Part shown: piece after piece, positions 52,631 to 62,476 of the stretch
Position numbering within the stretch: position 1 is the stretch's first letter
Layout of the letters: each line of letters opens with the position of its first letter
Origin: an uncultured Chloroflexia bacterium
Lineage (GTDB): Bacteria > Chloroflexota > Limnocylindria > Limnocylindrales > CSP1-4
Length of the DNA stretch: 64,000 nt
NCBI GenBank assembly: GCA_963713975.1
Contig: OY970218.1
Location: 1 to 64,000 of the forward strand
Reading direction: 5' to 3'
Made by a program: the position numbers and the translations under genes
The notes under the pieces: model-generated
Databases searched by the model: none
What the model was told of the DNA's origin: nothing
What the model saw: the letters and a program-made list of their open reading frames with translations, nothing else

Positions 52631-53515
52631 GTGATGTCAGCCATCTCGTTCACACGGTCACCCGTCCTCGTCACGATCGGCGAGGGCCTGCGGATCGCGG
52701 CGCGCTACTGGCGGTCCTCGGTGGAGCACTGGGTCCTGCCGGTCATCGCGGTCGCGCTCGTGAACGGTCTGGCGGGCGTGGTGTTCGGTGGCGCCGCGTT
52801 TGACCAGGCCACACTCCAGTCGATGCTGGTCACGGGACCGGACGGCCCCGGGATCGATGCGAGCGCACTGCCGCCCAAGTTGGCCGGTCCGCTGGCCACC
52901 GGCGTGGTGACGACCGTGGCCGGGTGGTTCCTCGTCGCCAACGCGATCGCGGGCCTGCGCGGGCGGGACATCGGGCTCGGCTGGGTGCTGGCGTCGGGAC
53001 TGCGAGCGTTCGTGGCGAGCATGATCCTCACCTCGGGCCTGCTCATGCTCCTGCTCACGGCCATGACGCTGGGCCTGGCAGGGCTCCTCGTCCTGCTCCT
53101 GCTGCTCCCGGCCCTCCTGTACCTGGGCGTGCGACTCCAGTTCTGGACGCTGGCCTTGTTCGATGGCTTCGGCATCACGGACGGACTGCGGGCCACGTGG
53201 TCGATGACGCGCGGCGCCGTGCTCCGGGTGTTCGGCTGGGGCCTCGCGATGGCTGGCATCGGGCTGATCGTCTCCGCGTTCACATGGGTGCTGGACGCCC
53301 TTCTCGCGGGGGTGCCGGTGGCCGCGAACGTGCTGGGAGCGGCTGCCGGATCCACGCTTCAGGCGTACACGGCGATCGTCCTGGCGGTGCTCTACGAGAG
53401 CCAGCGCCTGCGGAGCCTTCCGCGGGTGGAGGTGGCGACTCCGCCCTACGATCCGTCGGGCTCCGAGCCGCCGCCGCCGCCGTCCTACTCGCAGCCCGGC
53501 GACCCGCCGCGATAG
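52631..53515 (+). CDS. Hypothetical multi-pass membrane protein
   Basis: About six TM helices and a Pro-rich tail; start GTG 52631 or ATG 52634. Confidence 0.75.
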   Translation: MMSAISFTRSPVLVTIGEGLRIAARYWRSSVEHWVLPVIAVALVNGLAGVVFGGAAFDQATLQSMLVTGPDGPGIDASALPPKLAGPLATGVVTTVAGWFLVANAIAGLRGRDIGLGWVLASGLRAFVASMILTSGLLMLLLTAMTLGLAGLLVLLLLLPALLYLGVRLQFWTLALFDGFGITDGLRATWSMTRGAVLRVFGWGLAMAGIGLIVSAFTWVLDALLAGVPVAANVLGAAAGSTLQAYTAIVLAVLYESQRLRSLPRVEVATPPYDPSGSEPPPPPSYSQPGDPPR

Positions 53516-53525
53516 GTCGCTGCCG

Positions 53526-54368
53526 TCAGCGGGCGGTCGCGCCCCGCAACCTGGCGACGAGCGCGGCCAGCGCCGGCACATCCCGTCCAGTGGCTCCGAG
53601 GGCATCGACCAGGGCCGAGGCCACGATGACCCCGTCCGCGCCGGCCCGGGCGATCGCGCGCACGTGGGCGGGCTTCGACACCCCGAAGCCGACGGCGACC
53701 GGTACCGGCGACACGCTCCTGACCTCGCGCACCAGCCTCGTGACGCTCCGTGGCAGCGCCGTCCGGGCGCCGGTCACGCCGACCAGCGAGACGCAGTAGA
53801 GGAACCCGCCGCTCCTTGCCGCCACCGAGGCGCGCCGGGCCGCGGACGAGGTCGGTGCCACGAGGTAGACCACCGCGATCCCCGCCTCGACGGCGACCGC
53901 CTCGAATGGCGCGCCCTCGTCCGGCGTGAGGTCGGCGACGATGACCCCGGCCACACCCGCCGCCGCCAGCGCCCGGGCCCGGTCGCGGCCGTCGCCACCA
54001 CCGATCAGCTGGTTCGCGTACCCCATCGCCACCACGGGGACCGCCGGTCGTGCCGCGACGATCCGCCCGACCAGCGCCAGTGACCGGTCGAACGTGGCGC
54101 CCGCCGCGAGGGCCCCCTGGGAGGCGCGCTGGAGCGTCGCCCCGTCCGCGAGCGGGTCCGAGTAGGGCAGGCCCACTTCGAGCAGGTCCGCGCCGGCGTC
54201 GATGGCGGCACAGGCGGCGTCGAACGACCCGTCCGCGTCTGGATAGCCTGCGACCACGTACGGAATGAGGGCCGCGCGACCGTCGGCACGGGCCCTCGCG
54301 AACGCTCCGGCGATCCGGTGGGCGCCGGCCGTGCCGTTCGTGTGGACGGCCGCGAAGGGGGCGCTCAC
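53526..54368 (-). CDS. trpA: Tryptophan synthase alpha subunit
   Basis: LEVGLPYSDPLADGATLQ, GVTGAR and VGFGVS. Confidence 0.96.
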   Translation of the reverse strand: MSAPFAAVHTNGTAGAHRIAGAFARARADGRAALIPYVVAGYPDADGSFDAACAAIDAGADLLEVGLPYSDPLADGATLQRASQGALAAGATFDRSLALVGRIVAARPAVPVVAMGYANQLIGGGDGRDRARALAAAGVAGVIVADLTPDEGAPFEAVAVEAGIAVVYLVAPTSSAARRASVAARSGGFLYCVSLVGVTGARTALPRSVTRLVREVRSVSPVPVAVGFGVSKPAHVRAIARAGADGVIVASALVDALGATGRDVPALAALVARLRGATAR

Positions 54369-57187
54369 GCGATCCCCTCCCACGGCGGCACGTCATCGAA
54401 GCGCTCGAGGGCGGCCATGTCCTTGTCCCCTCGACCGGAGAACCCGACCAGGATCACGGCGTCGTCGGGATACGGGGTCCCGGACCCCTCGAGGCCGGCC
54501 AGCAGCTTGGGCAGTGCCGCCACGGCGTGCGACGTCTCGAGGGCCGGCAGGATCCCCTCCGTCCGGGTCACCGTCTTCATCGCGGCGATCGCCTCCCGGT
54601 CCGAGGCGGTGCCGACCTCCATGCGCCCGGCCTCCGCGAGCGCGGCCAGCTGGGGCCCGACGCCCGGGTAGTCCAGGCCGGCCGATGCGCTGTGAGCCTC
54701 CGTCACCTGGCCATCGCGATCCTGGAGCATGAGCGATCGCGATCCGTGGAGGATGCCGGGCGTGCCACCGGCGATCGCGGCCGCGTGACGTCCGGTCTCC
54801 ATGCCGTCGCCCGCGGCCTCGGCGACCGCCAGACGGACGAACGGCTCGCCGATGAACCGGGCCAGCAGCCCGATCGCGTTCGACCCGCCCCCGACGCAGG
54901 CGAGCGCGAGATCCGGCAGCCGTCCCTCGACGGCCCACAGCTGGGCCTCCGCCTCGTCCCCGATCCGGCGCTGTAGGTCCCGGACGATGGTGGGGTACGG
55001 GTGCGGGCCCATCGCCGAGCCCAGCACGTAGTGGGTCGTCTCGACGTTGGTCACCCAGTCGCGCATCGCCTCGTTGACCGCGTCCTTGAGGGTCGCCGTC
55101 CCGGAGATGACGGACCGGACCTCTGCGCCAAGAGCCCGCATCCGGAGCACGTTTGGCGCCTGGCGCCGGATGTCCTCCTCGCCCATGAATACGACGCACG
55201 GGAGGCCGAGCAGGGCGCACGCCGTGGCGGTGGCGACGCCGTGCTGGCCGGCGCCCGTCTCGGCGATCACCCGGTTCTTGCCCAGGCGGCGGGTCAGCAG
55301 CGCCTGGCCGAGGGCGTTGTTGATCTTGTGGGCGCCGGTGTGCGCGAGGTCCTCGCGCTTGAGGTAGAGCCGGAAGGCCGGAAGGCGGAGGTCGCTGCGG
55401 CCGGCGGCGAGCGACTGGCGACGCGCCTCGAGCGCGACCGCGTGGGCGAGCCGATCCGCACGGTAGAGCGCGGTCGGGCGGCCCGCAAACCGGGCCAGCA
55501 ATTCGTCCAGCTCAGCCCAGAACCGGGGGTCGTGGCGGACCGCGTCGTAGGCGGACTCGAGCTGCTCCAGCGCCCCGACCAGGGTCTCCGGCACGTAGCG
55601 ACCACCGAAGTCGCGCTCCATGCCCCAGCGCCCCGCGGTGTCGGCCTCCAGCAGCCCCGGGTGGACGGGCGTCGGACCTGAGGCGACGTTCGGCCGGTGG
55701 CGACGGGCATCCCGCGCACGTTTGACGAACAAGGCGACCCTGACCGGGTCCTTGCAGGGACGCTCACCGGCCCTCCGGGGCGCCTCCGTGCCCGATGCGG
55801 CGTCCACGCCCACCGCGGGCACGGCCAGGCACGCCTCACCCACCGTCGCCGCATCGAGACCGCCGGCCAGGGTGATCGGGACCTCGCGGGCCACGGCGGC
55901 CGCGAGCGCGACGTTTACACGGATCCCAGTGCCACCGGGATGCGGGCCACCGGCCGCATCCAGCAGGATCCCACCGGCGCCGGCGTCCAGGTAGGCGTGG
56001 GCGCGACCGATCACGTCGTCGGGGTTCGCGTCCGCGGGAACCCGCAGCGCCTTCCAGACGGGCCGGCCGACGGCCGCGATGGCCGACGGCGGCTCGTCCC
56101 CGCTGAGCTGGACCTCGTCGGGGTCGACGGCCGCGATCACGCGGGCGAGCTCGGCTGCGGGCAGGTCCGCGGTGACCACGACGATCTTCGGGCCCGCGCC
56201 GAACGACGATGCCGCGGCCCGCGCGATGCGGGCCAGCTCGACGCCCTCGCCGATCGTGAGCTCGCGCGGCGTGCCCGGCGCGAAGTTGAGACCGATGGCG
56301 TCGGCTCCGGCGCGGGTGGCGGCAAGAATGCCGGCCGCGTCCGTGACACCACAGACCTTCACGCCGGGGGCCCGGGCGATCCCCGCCAGGTCGGCCGGGT
56401 CGCGGCCCGCCGCCACGAAGGCCCGGGCGGCGGCGGTGGGATCGGCCGCGCGCATCAGCGCCTCGCCCACGAGGGCGGCGTCGAACCCGGTCGCTCGCCA
56501 CCGGGAGATCGTGGCGGGATCATGGACGCCCGACTCGGCCACTGCCAGCCGGTCCCCCGGGATCGCGTCCCGCAACCGCACGGCCCGCTCGGGGTCCACG
56601 TCCAGGGTCCGCAGGTCGCGGTTGTTGATCCCGATCAGCCTGGCACCCGTGGCCAGCGCCGCGTCCAGCTCCCGGGCGTCGTGCGCCTCGACGAGCGGCT
56701 CGAGCCCCAGGTCCCGCGCCGCGTCCACCAGCCGCGCGAGGCGCCGAGCCGGGTGGAGCACCGCCAGCAGCAGCACGAGGTCCGCCCCGGCGGCCCGGAG
56801 GAGGTCCAGCTGCCGGGCATCGACGACGAACTCCTTGGCCAAGACGGGAACCGCGACGGCGGCACGCACCGCGCGCAGGTCCTCCACGGACCCGCCGAAC
56901 CAGTGGGGCTCGCACAGCACGGAGATCGCGCTGGCGCCACCGGCGGCATAGGCGCGTGCGCGCGCGACGGCGTCGTCCGCTCCGGCGATGGCTCCCGCGG
57001 ACGGCGAGCGGCGCTTGACCTCCGCGATCAGGTGGGTCCCCGGCCCCGCCAGCGCCTCCGCGACCGGACGGGGGGCAGGCGCATCGGACACGGCCCTCCG
57101 GAGGCCGCTACGACCGAGGGCATCGAGGGCCGGCACGACCTCCGCGCGACGGCGTGCGGCGATCTCGGCGACGACGCCGGCGCTCAC
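54365..57187 (-). CDS. Trifunctional IGP synthase / PRA isomerase / tryptophan synthase beta fusion (TrpC-TrpF-TrpB, about 940 aa)
   Basis: One frame carries IAEVKRRSPS..INNRDL..AESG (TrpC), KVCGVT..LLDA..GGTG..LAGGL (TrpF) and FGGRYVPE..KREDL.HTGAHKINN..SAGLDYPGVGP..SGRGDKD (TrpB). The GTG overlaps the trpD TGA. Confidence 0.92.
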   Translation of the reverse strand: MSAGVVAEIAARRRAEVVPALDALGRSGLRRAVSDAPAPRPVAEALAGPGTHLIAEVKRRSPSAGAIAGADDAVARARAYAAGGASAISVLCEPHWFGGSVEDLRAVRAAVAVPVLAKEFVVDARQLDLLRAAGADLVLLLAVLHPARRLARLVDAARDLGLEPLVEAHDARELDAALATGARLIGINNRDLRTLDVDPERAVRLRDAIPGDRLAVAESGVHDPATISRWRATGFDAALVGEALMRAADPTAAARAFVAAGRDPADLAGIARAPGVKVCGVTDAAGILAATRAGADAIGLNFAPGTPRELTIGEGVELARIARAAASSFGAGPKIVVVTADLPAAELARVIAAVDPDEVQLSGDEPPSAIAAVGRPVWKALRVPADANPDDVIGRAHAYLDAGAGGILLDAAGGPHPGGTGIRVNVALAAAVAREVPITLAGGLDAATVGEACLAVPAVGVDAASGTEAPRRAGERPCKDPVRVALFVKRARDARRHRPNVASGPTPVHPGLLEADTAGRWGMERDFGGRYVPETLVGALEQLESAYDAVRHDPRFWAELDELLARFAGRPTALYRADRLAHAVALEARRQSLAAGRSDLRLPAFRLYLKREDLAHTGAHKINNALGQALLTRRLGKNRVIAETGAGQHGVATATACALLGLPCVVFMGEEDIRRQAPNVLRMRALGAEVRSVISGTATLKDAVNEAMRDWVTNVETTHYVLGSAMGPHPYPTIVRDLQRRIGDEAEAQLWAVEGRLPDLALACVGGGSNAIGLLARFIGEPFVRLAVAEAAGDGMETGRHAAAIAGGTPGILHGSRSLMLQDRDGQVTEAHSASAGLDYPGVGPQLAALAEAGRMEVGTASDREAIAAMKTVTRTEGILPALETSHAVAALPKLLAGLEGSGTPYPDDAVILVGFSGRGDKDMAALERFDDVPPWEGIA

Positions 57188-58275
57188 GCCCGGCCTCCGG
57201 CCGCTGCGTCGGGACCGGGGCCGCCCGCAAGGGCCTGGTTGTCCGCCGTCCGGGCAGCCTCGGCGACCTTCCGCTCCGCCCGCAGGGCCTTGAGCAGCTC
57301 CACGGCGAGGCCGGCGTCCACCGCGAGGGCGGCCCGCTCGATCCCGTCCTCGATCGAATCCACCGTGCCCGCCGCGACCAGCGCGGCACCGGCGTTGAGC
57401 AGGACCACATCCCGCCTGGCGCCCGGCTCGCCTCGGAGCACGCCCTCGACCAGCGCGGCATTGGCCGCGGGTTCGGAGCCACCCAGGGCCGAGGTCTTCG
57501 CCTTGCGCAGGCCAAGCGCCTCCGGGTCGACGGTCCGGCGCTCGATCCCCGCCGCGGTCACGTCGTACACGACGCCGGACCCGTCGAGCGGCAGCTCGTC
57601 GACGCCGGCACCGTGGACCACGAGCGAGTGCTCGGTGCCGAGCATGCGCAGCACCTCGGCCAGCCGGGGAGCCGCCGACTCGTCGCCCACCCCGATCAGG
57701 CCGCGGGTCGCCCCCGCCGGGTTGGTGAGCGGTCCCAGGAGGTTGAATGCCGTCCGCACGCCGATCTCGCGGCGGGTCGGGCCCGCGTGGCGCATCGCCG
57801 GATGGAAGGCCGGCGCGAACAGGAAGGCGAAGCCCAGCTCGCGGATCGCCCGCCCCGCCGATGCCGCGTCGTGGTCGATCCTGATGCCCAGGGCGTCGAG
57901 CACGTCCGCCGAGCCCGACCTGGAAGTGATGGCGCGGTTCCCGTGCTTGGCCACGGGCACGCCGGTGGAGGCCACGATGAGGGCGGCCGTCGTCGAGATG
58001 TTGAAGGTCCCGGAGCCGTCGCCACCGGTGCCCACGATGTCCATCGTCCCCACCGGTGCGTCCACGCGCACGACGCGCTCGCGCATCGCCGACGCGAAGC
58101 CCGCAAGCTCCTCCACCGTCTCGCCCCGCATCCGCAGGCCCATCAGCAAGGCCGCCAGCTGCGATGGCGTGGCCTCCCCGTCCATCACCGCGCCCATCGC
58201 CAGGCGGGCGTCGTCCATTGAGAGCGTGCGTCCCTCCACGATCGCCGCCACCGCGGCCCGGACGAGCTCGCTCAT
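57184..58275 (-). CDS. trpD: Anthranilate phosphoribosyltransferase
   Basis: DIVGTGGDG..TFNIST, AKHGNR..S.SGSAD and FNLLGPL.NP. Confidence 0.96.
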   Translation of the reverse strand: MSELVRAAVAAIVEGRTLSMDDARLAMGAVMDGEATPSQLAALLMGLRMRGETVEELAGFASAMRERVVRVDAPVGTMDIVGTGGDGSGTFNISTTAALIVASTGVPVAKHGNRAITSRSGSADVLDALGIRIDHDAASAGRAIRELGFAFLFAPAFHPAMRHAGPTRREIGVRTAFNLLGPLTNPAGATRGLIGVGDESAAPRLAEVLRMLGTEHSLVVHGAGVDELPLDGSGVVYDVTAAGIERRTVDPEALGLRKAKTSALGGSEPAANAALVEGVLRGEPGARRDVVLLNAGAALVAAGTVDSIEDGIERAALAVDAGLAVELLKALRAERKVAEAARTADNQALAGGPGPDAAAGGRA

Positions 58276-58958
58276 CGGGCGGCCCCCGCCGGCGTCGAGG
58301 CGGCCTCGGCCATCCCCCGGGTCGCGAACGATCCGGTCGCGGCATCGAGCCGCGACGCCTCCCCCTCCCCCGCCAGGCGCAGGAAGTTGGCGAGCAGATG
58401 CGGGCCGTCCGGCGTCAGGACGGACTCGGGATGGAACTGGACCCCCTCGATGGGCAGCGTCCGGTGGCGCAGGCCCATCACCACGCCGTCCTCGGGGCTG
58501 GTCGCCGTCACGTACAGGTCCTCGGGCAGCGTGGCCGGATCCACGCACAGGGAGTGGTAGCGGGCGGCGGGGAAGTCCGCAGGCATGCCGGCCAGGAGCC
58601 CCTCCCCGTCATGCTCGACCTCGGACGCCTCACCGTGGACGAGCGTCGGCGCGCGGACGATCGACGCCCCCCAGGCGGCCCCCATCGACTGCATGCCCAG
58701 ACACACGCCCAGCAACGGCACCCCTCGTTCGGCCGCGACCTGGATCGTCGCCACGCTCACGCCCGCCGAGCCCGGATCACCGGGCCCGGGCGAGATCACG
58801 ATGCCACGGAGATCCTGCGCCGGGTCCGCGGCCATCGCCTCCACCTCGTCGCGCGTGATCTGGTCGTTGCGGATGACGCGCACGTCCGCGCCCGCGGCCT
58901 GGAGCGCCTGGACCAGGTTGAAGGTGAACGAGTCGTAATTGTCGATGACGAGGATCAC
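58272..58958 (-). CDS. trpG: Anthranilate synthase component II
   Basis: IDNYDSFT, SPGPG, GVCLG, RYHSL and QFHPES. Confidence 0.96.
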   Translation of the reverse strand: MILVIDNYDSFTFNLVQALQAAGADVRVIRNDQITRDEVEAMAADPAQDLRGIVISPGPGDPGSAGVSVATIQVAAERGVPLLGVCLGMQSMGAAWGASIVRAPTLVHGEASEVEHDGEGLLAGMPADFPAARYHSLCVDPATLPEDLYVTATSPEDGVVMGLRHRTLPIEGVQFHPESVLTPDGPHLLANFLRLAGEGEASRLDAATGSFATRGMAEAASTPAGAAR

Positions 58959-60574
58959 GGGGCCCCCTCCTCGCCGGTCGGGGCGTCGCCGGACGGGGTT
59001 GCGGCACCCGGTCGCGGCGCGGCAGGGGCGGCGGCAAGCTCGATGGCCCGGCGGAGCGCCGCGGCCTTGTGCTCGGTCTCCTCGAACTCGCTCTCGGGTA
59101 CGCTCCGGGCCACGATCCCGGCGCCCGTGTGGACGTGTGCCATCCCATCCTTGAGCACGGCGCTCCGGATCGTGATCGCGGTGTCCATACCGCCGTCGTA
59201 GCCGAGATAGCCCACGGCCCCACCATACAGGCCACGCCGCTCGCCCTCCGCCGCGGCGATCAGTTGCATGGCCCGGATTTTCGGCGCGCCGCTGAGCGTG
59301 CCGGCCGGGAACACCGAGCGCAGGGCGTCCAGCGAGTCCAGCTCCGGGCGGAGCTTCGCCTCTACGTGGCTGACCAGGTGGAGGACGTGGCTGTAGCGCT
59401 CCACCTCCATGTACTGGCTGGTGGTGACGGTGCCGGGCCGGGCCACGCGCCCGAGATCGTTGCGCCCGAGGTCCACCAGCATGACGTGCTCCGCGCGCTC
59501 CTTGGGGTCGCGCCGCAGCTCGTCGGCGAGGCGCTCATCGTCCGCGGTGGTGGTGCCACGTGGCCGGGTCCCGGCGATAGGGTGAGTGCTCATGCGGTCC
59601 CCGACGACCTGAACGAGGAGCTCCGGGCTGGCACCCACGACCTCAAAATCGGGGGTACGGGTGAAGAACAGGTAGGGCGAGGGGTTCACGCGGCGCAGGG
59701 CGCGGTAGAGCCCGATGCCGTCGAGCGGCGTCCCTCCGGCCGTCTCAGGGAGCTCGAACGACTGGCGACGTGCCAACACCACCTGGATGGCCTCGCCGGC
59801 GGCGATGGCCTCCTTCGCCCTCGCCACCGCCTGGATGTACTCGTCGCGGCCCAGGCTCGTCTCGACCCGGCCCAGGTCGGCGGCCCTGACGCTGCCGTCC
59901 GGGCGACTGAAGCCGGCCGCCATCTCGGCGGCAGACGGCCGTGCCGTGCGCTCGAGGGCCTCGAAGATCGCGCGCTCCGCGATCCGATAGCGGCCCTCGA
60001 GATCGGGGGCCTCGGCGTGGAGGGAGGCGATCGCGGACAGCTGGTGGGTGAGGTGATCGAAGACGATCACCAGGTCCGTCTCGATGAACGAGGCCATCGG
60101 GACCCCGACCGGGTCGGCGTCCGGCAGCGGCACGGAGGGCTCGAAGATGGAGATGGCGTCGTAGGCCAGGGCACCCACCGCGCCGCCGGTGAACCGCGGC
60201 ATCCCGTCCACTGGGAGGACCTTCCGCCGCGGGATGAACGCGCGCAGCGCGGCGAGGGGGTCAGCGGTCTCCTCCGAGGTGACGGGAAGGCCCGGTTCGT
60301 ATGCCTCCACGCCGACCGGGCGCGTCGTGGTCCGTGCCACGCCGTCCCTGACGTCCAGCAGCCGTCGCGGGCCGATGCCCAGGAAGCTGTAGCGACCCAG
60401 ACGCTCGCCGCCCTCGACCGACTCGAGGAGGTACGCGGGGGTGACGCCATCGTCGAGCCGCAGGAAGGCACCGATCGGGGTCTCGAGGTCCGCGGTGCGC
60501 GTCGCGCGCAGCAGCACGGTGTCGGAGGTTCCGGAGAGGCGCTTCGCCTCGCTGAGGCTGAGAGGGTCGGTCAT
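58955..60574 (-). CDS. trpE: Anthranilate synthase component I
   Basis: LLES, NPSPY, SPE, PIAGTR, AEHVMLVDLGRND and GTLSGAPK. Confidence 0.96.
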   Translation of the reverse strand: MTDPLSLSEAKRLSGTSDTVLLRATRTADLETPIGAFLRLDDGVTPAYLLESVEGGERLGRYSFLGIGPRRLLDVRDGVARTTTRPVGVEAYEPGLPVTSEETADPLAALRAFIPRRKVLPVDGMPRFTGGAVGALAYDAISIFEPSVPLPDADPVGVPMASFIETDLVIVFDHLTHQLSAIASLHAEAPDLEGRYRIAERAIFEALERTARPSAAEMAAGFSRPDGSVRAADLGRVETSLGRDEYIQAVARAKEAIAAGEAIQVVLARRQSFELPETAGGTPLDGIGLYRALRRVNPSPYLFFTRTPDFEVVGASPELLVQVVGDRMSTHPIAGTRPRGTTTADDERLADELRRDPKERAEHVMLVDLGRNDLGRVARPGTVTTSQYMEVERYSHVLHLVSHVEAKLRPELDSLDALRSVFPAGTLSGAPKIRAMQLIAAAEGERRGLYGGAVGYLGYDGGMDTAITIRSAVLKDGMAHVHTGAGIVARSVPESEFEETEHKAAALRRAIELAAAPAAPRPGAATPSGDAPTGEEGAP

Positions 60575-60624
60575 GGCGGTGCTTCCCTTCGGCGGTTCGA
60601 CGGCTCGGAGGCCGTCGGCGCCCG

Positions 60625-60975
60625 AGAATCAGAAACGACCTTGGTTCGTCTCTTCCGGGACGAAAGGTCGTTGCTCCTTCCGCGGTGCCACCCACGTTCG
60701 GCGATGTGCCGCACTCTGACCGACGGACCGCGTGCCGCCGGGACCCGCCCGGCCGATCGATCGGCGCTGCCCTGTATCGCTGGCGCTCTGCGCCGGAGCC
60801 TACTGGTCGTCCGCTTCGTCAGGGCCCGCTCTCGCGTTCCCATTTCGTCGCCCCGCGTTCGGTCCGGGGGCTCCCGGGTCCATTCCCTGCCGCCGCCATC
60901 CCGGCTCGCACCAGCCGCCGGGTCTCTGTGATGGCGCCCGACGGGTACTCGTCCCGATCAAGGCCCGTATTCGCG
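60625..60975 (-). promoter_or_regulatory. Trp T-box riboswitch
   Basis: Stem I with GAGTA, AGAGA and GGTG motifs; specifier GAA-TGG-AC (60882-60880); T-box GGGTGGCACCGCG (60693-60681) with TTTCGTCCC antiterminator; terminator AACGACCTT..AAGGTCGTT-TCTGATT. Confidence 0.9.
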
Positions 60976-60985
60976 ATGTGGCGGG

Positions 60986-61015
60986 AGTATGGGGTTGGCC
61001 GCTCGCGGGCGTCAA
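60986..61015 (-). promoter_or_regulatory. trp operon promoter
   Basis: TTGACG-18-CATACT. Confidence 0.65.
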
Positions 61016-61049
61016 ATCGGGCCGCCATAGCCATCGCCGTGGGCCTCGG

Positions 61050-62321
61050 TCACTTGTCGGGCGCGACATCCCGCCGATGCACCGTGCCGCCCGAGGGGAC
61101 GTCGAGGGAGGTGAAGTCCTCCGGCGTGACGTCCGTGTCGACCCGGACGTTCCGCCCGAGCCCGGCTCCCTGGGGGATGACCGCGCGCTTGCCGACCACC
61201 GTGATCCCCGTGGTGAGGCGGTCGGGCTCCTCGGCATTGACCGTCCAGGTGTCCTCCCCCATGCCCACGATCGCGCCCTCCCCGACCCTCACGTGCTTGT
61301 CGATGATCGAGCCGTCGACGATCGCTCCCGCCCCGATCTCCGCGTCCAGCATCACCACCGAATCCCGGACGACGGCCCCGTCGTAGACCCTGACGCCCGG
61401 CGCGAGGAGGCTGTTCACGACCGTCCCGTTGATGATGCAGCCATGGCTGGCCAGCGAGTGGCGAAAGACGGCATCGGGGCCGCTCTTGGCCGGCGAGCGC
61501 TCCTCGGACCGGGTGTGGATCAGCCAGCTGCGATCGAACAGGTCGAGCGGCGGCACGAGGCCGACGAGATCGAGGTTCGCCTTCCAGAAGGCCTCGACCG
61601 TGCCCACGTCGCGCCAGTAGCCCTCGAACCGGTGGGCGTAGACCCGGCGTCCCGCCTTGATCATCGCCGGCACGACGTCCCTGCCGAAGTCGTGCCGGCT
61701 CGGAGTCACCCATCTCCGCAGGGCCTCGGGCGAGAAGACGTAGACCCCCATCGATGCGAGGTTGCCGCGGGGTTCGGCCGGCTTCTCCTCCCACTCCACG
61801 ATCCGGTCATCGTCGTCCGTGAGGCAGATCCCCATCCGCGTCGCCTCGTCGGGCGGCACCTCGAGCACCGCGACGGTCAGGTCGGCCTGCGTGTCCAGGT
61901 GTGTCTTGATGAACGGCCGGTAGTCCATCTTGTACACGTGGTCCCCCGCCAGGACGAGCAGGAGATCGGGGTTCTCCTCCGCGATCTGGGTCGCGTTCCT
62001 GCGGACCGCGTCGGCGGTGCCGGCATACCAGCCCACCTTGTCGGTCCGGGAGAGATACGGCTGGAGGACGCGGATGCCGCCGCCAAACGACCGGTCGAGA
62101 TCCCAGGGGCGTCCGAGGCCGATGTGGTCGATCAGCGAACGGGGGCTGTACATGGTCAGGACCAGGACCCTGTCGATCCCGGAGTTGACGCAGTTGGACA
62201 GGACGAAGTCGATGATCCGGTACTTGCCGCCGAACGGGACGGCCGGCTTGGCGCGGTGATCCGACAGGACGGAGAGGCGTTCGCCCGCACCACCGGCCAG
62301 AACGACGGCAACGACATTCAT
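61050..62321 (-). CDS. glgC: Glucose-1-phosphate adenylyltransferase
   Basis: LAGGAGERL..RAKPAVPFGGKYRIIDF.LSNC.NSG, GTADAV, GDHVYKMDY, EEKP and YWRDVGT. Confidence 0.95.
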   Translation of the reverse strand: MNVVAVVLAGGAGERLSVLSDHRAKPAVPFGGKYRIIDFVLSNCVNSGIDRVLVLTMYSPRSLIDHIGLGRPWDLDRSFGGGIRVLQPYLSRTDKVGWYAGTADAVRRNATQIAEENPDLLLVLAGDHVYKMDYRPFIKTHLDTQADLTVAVLEVPPDEATRMGICLTDDDDRIVEWEEKPAEPRGNLASMGVYVFSPEALRRWVTPSRHDFGRDVVPAMIKAGRRVYAHRFEGYWRDVGTVEAFWKANLDLVGLVPPLDLFDRSWLIHTRSEERSPAKSGPDAVFRHSLASHGCIINGTVVNSLLAPGVRVYDGAVVRDSVVMLDAEIGAGAIVDGSIIDKHVRVGEGAIVGMGEDTWTVNAEEPDRLTTGITVVGKRAVIPQGAGLGRNVRVDTDVTPEDFTSLDVPSGGTVHRRDVAPDK

Positions 62322-62476
62322 CGGGCAATCCCCACGGCTGCGGCCCAGTCCCCACCGGGGCTCGCCCCGATGATCGCAGGGCACGCGGTCCCGTCAAGGT
62401 CCAGATGACCGGTGGCGCGGGTCGGACGGCAACCCGGGACCGGCGCCCGGAAGCCGGGCCCGACCCGCCACGGGCG

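Noticed and set aside
57188-58345. N-terminal part of the 1326-aa ORF (apparent larger Trp fusion)
   Set aside because: It overlaps trpD in another frame. The real start is the GTG at 57187, coupled to the trpD stop.
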